Origin: a virus
DNA: 64,000 bases
Direction: 5' to 3' (one strand)
IMG/VR virus record: IMGVR_UViG_3300045988_165974
Span: 74,244 to 138,243 of that record
Both the position numbers and the translations under genes were made by a program. Of this stretch, positions 63,686 to 64,000 are shown piece by piece (within the stretch, counting starts at the first letter, position 1; each line of letters starts with the position of its first letter). Under the pieces are notes generated by a model, which did no database searches, was not told where the DNA came from, and was given only the letters and a program-made list of their open reading frames with translations.

Positions 63686-64000
63686 TTACTTTCCTACACA
63701 GAATAAATAAATCGTAACTGTTCCCGACAAATTCTTTCCAGTTATATGTCTCATTCCAAGTCTTATCTTTGAATTTGAGCGAGGATATGCTACTGTATTT
63801 AAGCAATAACAGTCGTTTCCAGTTGTATTTCCACTAGCTACTGCTGTTATGCAAACTTCTGAAAAAGGTTTTGGAAGGTCTATATCTTTAACAAAGTAAT
63901 AATTATCTTTTGGAGCATCTAGCATTACTTGAACTCCTTGCATAACAAGTCCTCCAGGTAATTCTCTATAAAAAGTTGTAGTTGTTAATTCATTTTTATC
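63686..64000 (-). CDS. Hypothetical structural protein, possibly extending beyond the window
   Basis: The frame stays open from 63943 to base 64000 (...DKNELTTTTFYRELPGGLVMQGVQ...). Confidence 0.5.
   Translation of the reverse strand, partial: DKNELTTTTFYRELPGGLVMQGVQVMLDAPKDNYYFVKDIDLPKPFSEVCITAVASGNTTGNDCYCLNTVAYPRSNSKIRLGMRHITGKNLSGTVTIYLFCVGK

Noticed and set aside
1-64000. tRNA, tmRNA or rRNA genes, a DGR, a retron or cas genes
   Set aside because: By-eye scanning of all intergenic regions longer than 80 nt found no cloverleaf-like GTTCRANYC T-arm contexts. No reverse transcriptase and no Cas-like ORFs were found. A tRNAscan or Infernal run would be needed to be certain.

Overview
AT-rich 64-kb stretch of a large tailed phage or phage-plasmid from a low-GC Firmicute, judged from clostridial-type holin and endolysin and a CotH-domain fibre. 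Bases 1-47,300 are a + strand early, replication and nucleotide-metabolism block. It is driven by a family of near-identical TTGACA-N17-TATAAT promoters. Genes include a sigma factor, a Bro antirepressor, Rep/wHTH-like paralogs next to an iteron array, SSB, ERF, a DnaB-like helicase, a primase and two DHH/RecJ-like phosphoesterases. Also present are an RlaP-type nucleotidyltransferase, a SLOG/DUF1273 protein, class II RNR, Gmk, RuvC, dUTPase, TerD, a vWA-TerF-like protein, a TARG1-like macro domain and two YopX proteins. The dnaE gene is split by a group I intron carrying a frameshifted GIY-YIG homing endonuclease. The block also holds an IS607-type element (serine TnpA plus TnpB), a tnpB-only IS605-family element, and a tnpB-less relic that keeps a 170-nt omega-RNA-like module with compensatory stem changes. 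Bases 47,500-64,000 are a convergent - strand late block. It reads endolysin, holin, a roughly 4.7-kb island (XRE, tyrosine recombinase, RHH, two membrane proteins, VirB4/FtsK-class ATPase), then at least four enzymatic fibre or spike genes (CotH, SGNH esterase, pectate-lyase beta-helix, NlpC/P60). The most unusual signal is a 24-bp arm-spacer-arm box present four times at the boundaries of the fibre gene bodies, next to the tyrosine recombinase and a truncated fibre stub. This suggests site-specific exchange or excision of receptor-binding cassettes. All calls rest on by-eye motif recognition and manual alignment, with no searches run.
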